Source: Octopus sinensis
Taxonomy: Eukaryota
DNA: 10,348 nucleotides
Direction: 5' to 3'
Assembly (NCBI RefSeq): GCF_006345805.1
Contig: NW_021827426.1
Coordinates: forward strand, 1-10,348
The notes under the pieces are model-generated. The model ran no database searches. It was not told where the DNA came from and was given only the letters and a program-made list of their open reading frames with translations. Shown here in pieces: positions 7,998 to 10,348 of the stretch. Within the stretch, counting starts at the first letter, position 1. Each line of letters begins with the position of its first letter. The position numbers and the translations under genes were made by a program.

Positions 7998-8158
7998 CCA
8001 CTACACCTCGGAGTGGTTGGCGTTAGGAAGGCATCCACTGTGAAACACTGCCACATCTGACTGGCTGGTGCAGCCTCGGGCTTCCCAGACCCCAGTTGAA
8101 CCGTCCACCCATGCTAGCATTGAAAGCGGACGCTAACGATGATGATGATGATGATGAT
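7645..8158 (+). mobile_element. Family C retroposon whose internal unit is tandemly amplified
   Basis: The array continues directly into CACCCACTACAC..CGGAGTGGTTGGCGTTAGGAAGGCATCC, CCATGCTAGCAT (8109) and (GAT)7 at 8138-8158, matching 5911-6075. Confidence 0.88.
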
Positions 8159-8169
8159 TATATATATAT

Positions 8170-8395
8170 TTGGATATGTTGGAGTACAATTGTACAGAGT
8201 ACAGTTGGAGTACAAGAAAGAGTACAGGGGAACATTTATTTGTAATCACTACAATTGTTTCCGCACAACATAGTTCTCCATGTTCACAGGTATTTTGTTT
8301 ATGCAGCCATTTCCCTGCATTGTGAGATGTTGTAGTGTTTCGTCAGGTGATATGTAAATATTGAAGGTGGACGGGCTTTATACTGTACTCAACTA
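8170..8395 (-). mobile_element. Possible Penelope-like / retrozyme terminal-repeat fragment
   Basis: Minus-strand order: TATAAAG (8382-8376), hammerhead-like core, AATAAA (8240-8235), then TGTACTC-rich repeats. No RT or endonuclease ORF nearby; assignment is an inference. Confidence 0.35.
8245..8351 (-). ncRNA. Candidate type I hammerhead ribozyme (helix II base imperfect, possibly decayed)
   Basis: Minus strand ATCAC-CUGACGA-(78 nt)-GAAA-C-AAUU-G-UA|GUGAU: core at 8346-8340 and 8261-8258; helix I ATCAC/GTGAT (5 bp); helix III 2 bp with palindromic ACAATTGT; GUA triplet at 8252-8250. Confidence 0.45.
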
Positions 8396-8563
8396 CGTTC
8401 TTAACAGAATATAACCTAACACACACACACATGCACACACACCAGATTAACTTGTATTTAAGTTGCAATATCTTATACTTCCTTAACTGGAAAAACTCAA
8501 GCATGACTTATATACGAGTACAAGAGAACAACTTATAATATACAGGTAAATATCTTTTATAAA

Positions 8564-8711
8564 CTGTTGTGTCTGGGGAGAATCATTCTCTTTTGGTGCC
8601 TTATAATTTAACACACTCACCGGTAAAATTTCCACTTATTTCTTTTTTTACTTAGTGAGTACGTTAAATTATAAGGTACCAAAAGAGGCTGACTCTCCCC
8701 AGACACAACAG
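8564..8711. repeat. Long inverted repeat (57-bp arms, 34-bp loop), MITE-like or foldback
   Basis: 8564-8620 versus reverse complement of 8655-8711: 51/57 identical by manual alignment. Confidence 0.9.
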
Positions 8712-8796
8712 AATATGCTTCAACACACGAAGTCACATAAAGAATCTTGCAAACCAAATCCAATAATGAAACCTTTTATATATATATATGATTGAC

Positions 8797-9188
8797 CGTG
8801 GCTGTGTGGTAAGTAGCTTGCTTACCAACCACATGGTTCTGGATTCAGTCCCACTGCGTAGCACCTTGGGAAAGTGTCTTCTACTATGGCCTCGGGCCGA
8901 CCAAAGTGCTTGTGAGTGGATTTGGCAGATGGAAACTCAAAGAAGCCTGTCATATATATATATATATATGTATGTGTATGTACATGTTAGTGTGTCTGTG
9001 TTTGTCTCCCCAACATCACTTGACAACCGATGCTGGTGTGTTTACGTCTCCGTAACTTAGCAGTTTAGCAATAGAGACTGATAAAATAAGTACTAGGCTT
9101 CCAAAGAATAATCTCTGGGGTCGATTTTCTTGACTAAAGGCGGTGCTCCAGCATGGCCACAGTCAAATGACTGAAACAAGTAAAAGAG
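8797..9188 (+). mobile_element. Near full-length SINE family A (tRNA head, body, internal TA/TATG microsatellite, 3' tail)
   Basis: A box TGGCTGTGTGG 8799-8809, B-box-like GGATTCAGTCCC 8841-8852, internal microsatellite from about 8951, tail TGACTGAAACAAGTAAAAGAG; four other partial copies in the window. Confidence 0.92.
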
Positions 9189-9344
9189 TATATATATATA
9201 TTATATATATATATATAGATATAATATATATATACACAAGTATGTGGGTGTGTCTATTATACTCTCTGTAACTTCTGCTGATTATGAAAGTTGTGTGTGT
9301 ATGTATGTATGTATGTATATATATATATATATTTATTATATATG

Positions 9345-9379
<35 letters not shown>
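9189..9379. repeat. Two (TA)n / (TATG)n clusters
   Basis: Read directly (9189-9234 and about 9293-9379). Confidence 0.9.
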
Positions 9380-9806
9380 CATTCATCTAAACAATGTCAG
9401 GTATGTAAAGATAAATAAATCAAATAGAAAAGTAAAATAAATCCATTAGTTAAAGAAATATATTGTAGTGCATGTGTGTGTGTGTGTGTGTGTTTGTGCT
9501 TTTAAAACTATGAACTCTGATTGCAAAGATCAAAGGTATGTGGATGGGGTGGGGAGAGGTAATGAACTCAATAATGAAAAAAAAAATGAACAAATTAAGC
9601 ATACAAAAATATATAATAAAATTAAACTATTTGTTCTTCAATATTCATACATAGGTGTGTGTGTGTATTCATAATTTTACAGTCTTACCATCCTGACATT
9701 TTTGTCTAAACTTTTTTTTTTTTTACCTATTTCTATTTATTATTTTGTTTTATAATTTATTGAAACCAAAGTCTGTATTTACTATTTTTGAAAAAAATTG
9801 CTTAAG

Positions 9807-9851
9807 TTCCAACCTTTGACCTCTTCACCAAAACTCCACCTGGAAATATTG
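9807..9851 (+). other. Candidate 45-nt exon
   Basis: Weak acceptor TTAAG| at 9806, strong donor TTG|GTGAGT at 9852; two open frames (PTFDLFTKTPPGNI or FQPLTSSPKLHLEIL). No recognised product. Confidence 0.25.
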
Positions 9852-9958
9852 GTGAGTCTATTATTTGTCAAACCTACAATGAAGTTATAGAACTAGTTTG
9901 GTGCAGCTTCATCTATAGCAGTACTTCTTGACTATTTTTTATGTTTTTTCATCCACAG
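9852..9958 (+). other. Candidate 107-nt spliceosomal intron
   Basis: GTGAGT donor, CTTGAC branch-like motif (A at 9931), T-rich tract 9934-9950, CACAG| acceptor at 9958. Confidence 0.35.
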
Positions 9959-10018
9959 ACCCCTTTCATTACTATTTCATTGTGGTGGACCCACCCCCGC
10001 CAGCCGTTCAATGTTTAA

Positions 10019-10239
10019 CCCTTTAGCATTTAAACCGGCCATATCCGGCCAAAAGTATTCTGCCTGTTTTATGTTCAAACTGGCCAGATCTGGTCTCTCA
10101 CACCAACCCTACAATATCTTTTAAAAAATTAACAGCTTCCTCATCAAAATCTCCTAGCTACGAAATAATGCATGATTAATTCAAAACAATGTGGATGAAA
10201 AAGCATTAATTTTGGCAGAATAATACGAACACTAAAGGG
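10019..10239. mobile_element. piggyBac-type MITE (221 bp)
   Basis: TTAA at 10015-10018 and 10240-10243; TIRs CCCTTTAGCATT and AACACTAAAGGG (reverse complement CCCTTTAGTGTT, 10/12 match); no coding capacity recognised. Confidence 0.9.
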
Positions 10240-10348
10240 TTAAAATCTAGTTTTATAGATATTGCTTTCAAAATTCCTATTTTGTTTTCCCCACATTAAC
10301 TTGTGTAGGTTTGAACTTTGTAAAACAATTAGAGAAAGAAAACCTGGC

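Noticed and set aside
7529-8026. Five overlapping ORFs with repeated peptides (86-152 aa)
   Set aside because: They are translations of the tandem array in several frames and both strands, with indels shifting frames between units.

Overview
Eukaryotic, AT-rich, microsatellite-saturated DNA. The repeat content (tRNA-headed SINEs, (GAT)n-tailed retroposons, TTAA piggyBac elements) resembles what I recall from octopus/cephalopod genomes; this taxon call is an inference. No intact protein-coding gene is supported, and nearly all listed ORFs are translations of microsatellites or repeats. Supported content: (1) a 1031-bp internally deleted piggyBac element (2908-3938) with TTAA target duplications and a frameshifted transposase N-terminal remnant; (2) a 221-bp TTAA MITE (10019-10239) sharing its terminal architecture; (3) three tRNA-derived SINE families (family A in five pieces, a CpG-rich tRNA-Arg-like copy, a CORE-like copy); (4) a (GAT)n-tailed family C whose internal ~62-66-bp hairpin unit varies in copy number and is tandemly amplified at 7645-7997; (5) a 57-bp-arm inverted repeat; (6) a candidate type I hammerhead ribozyme on the minus strand (8245-8351) between a TATA-like motif and AATAAA, resembling a Penelope-like/retrozyme terminal repeat, with an imperfect helix II; (7) weak splice-signal evidence for small plus-strand exons, so the window may be mostly intronic.
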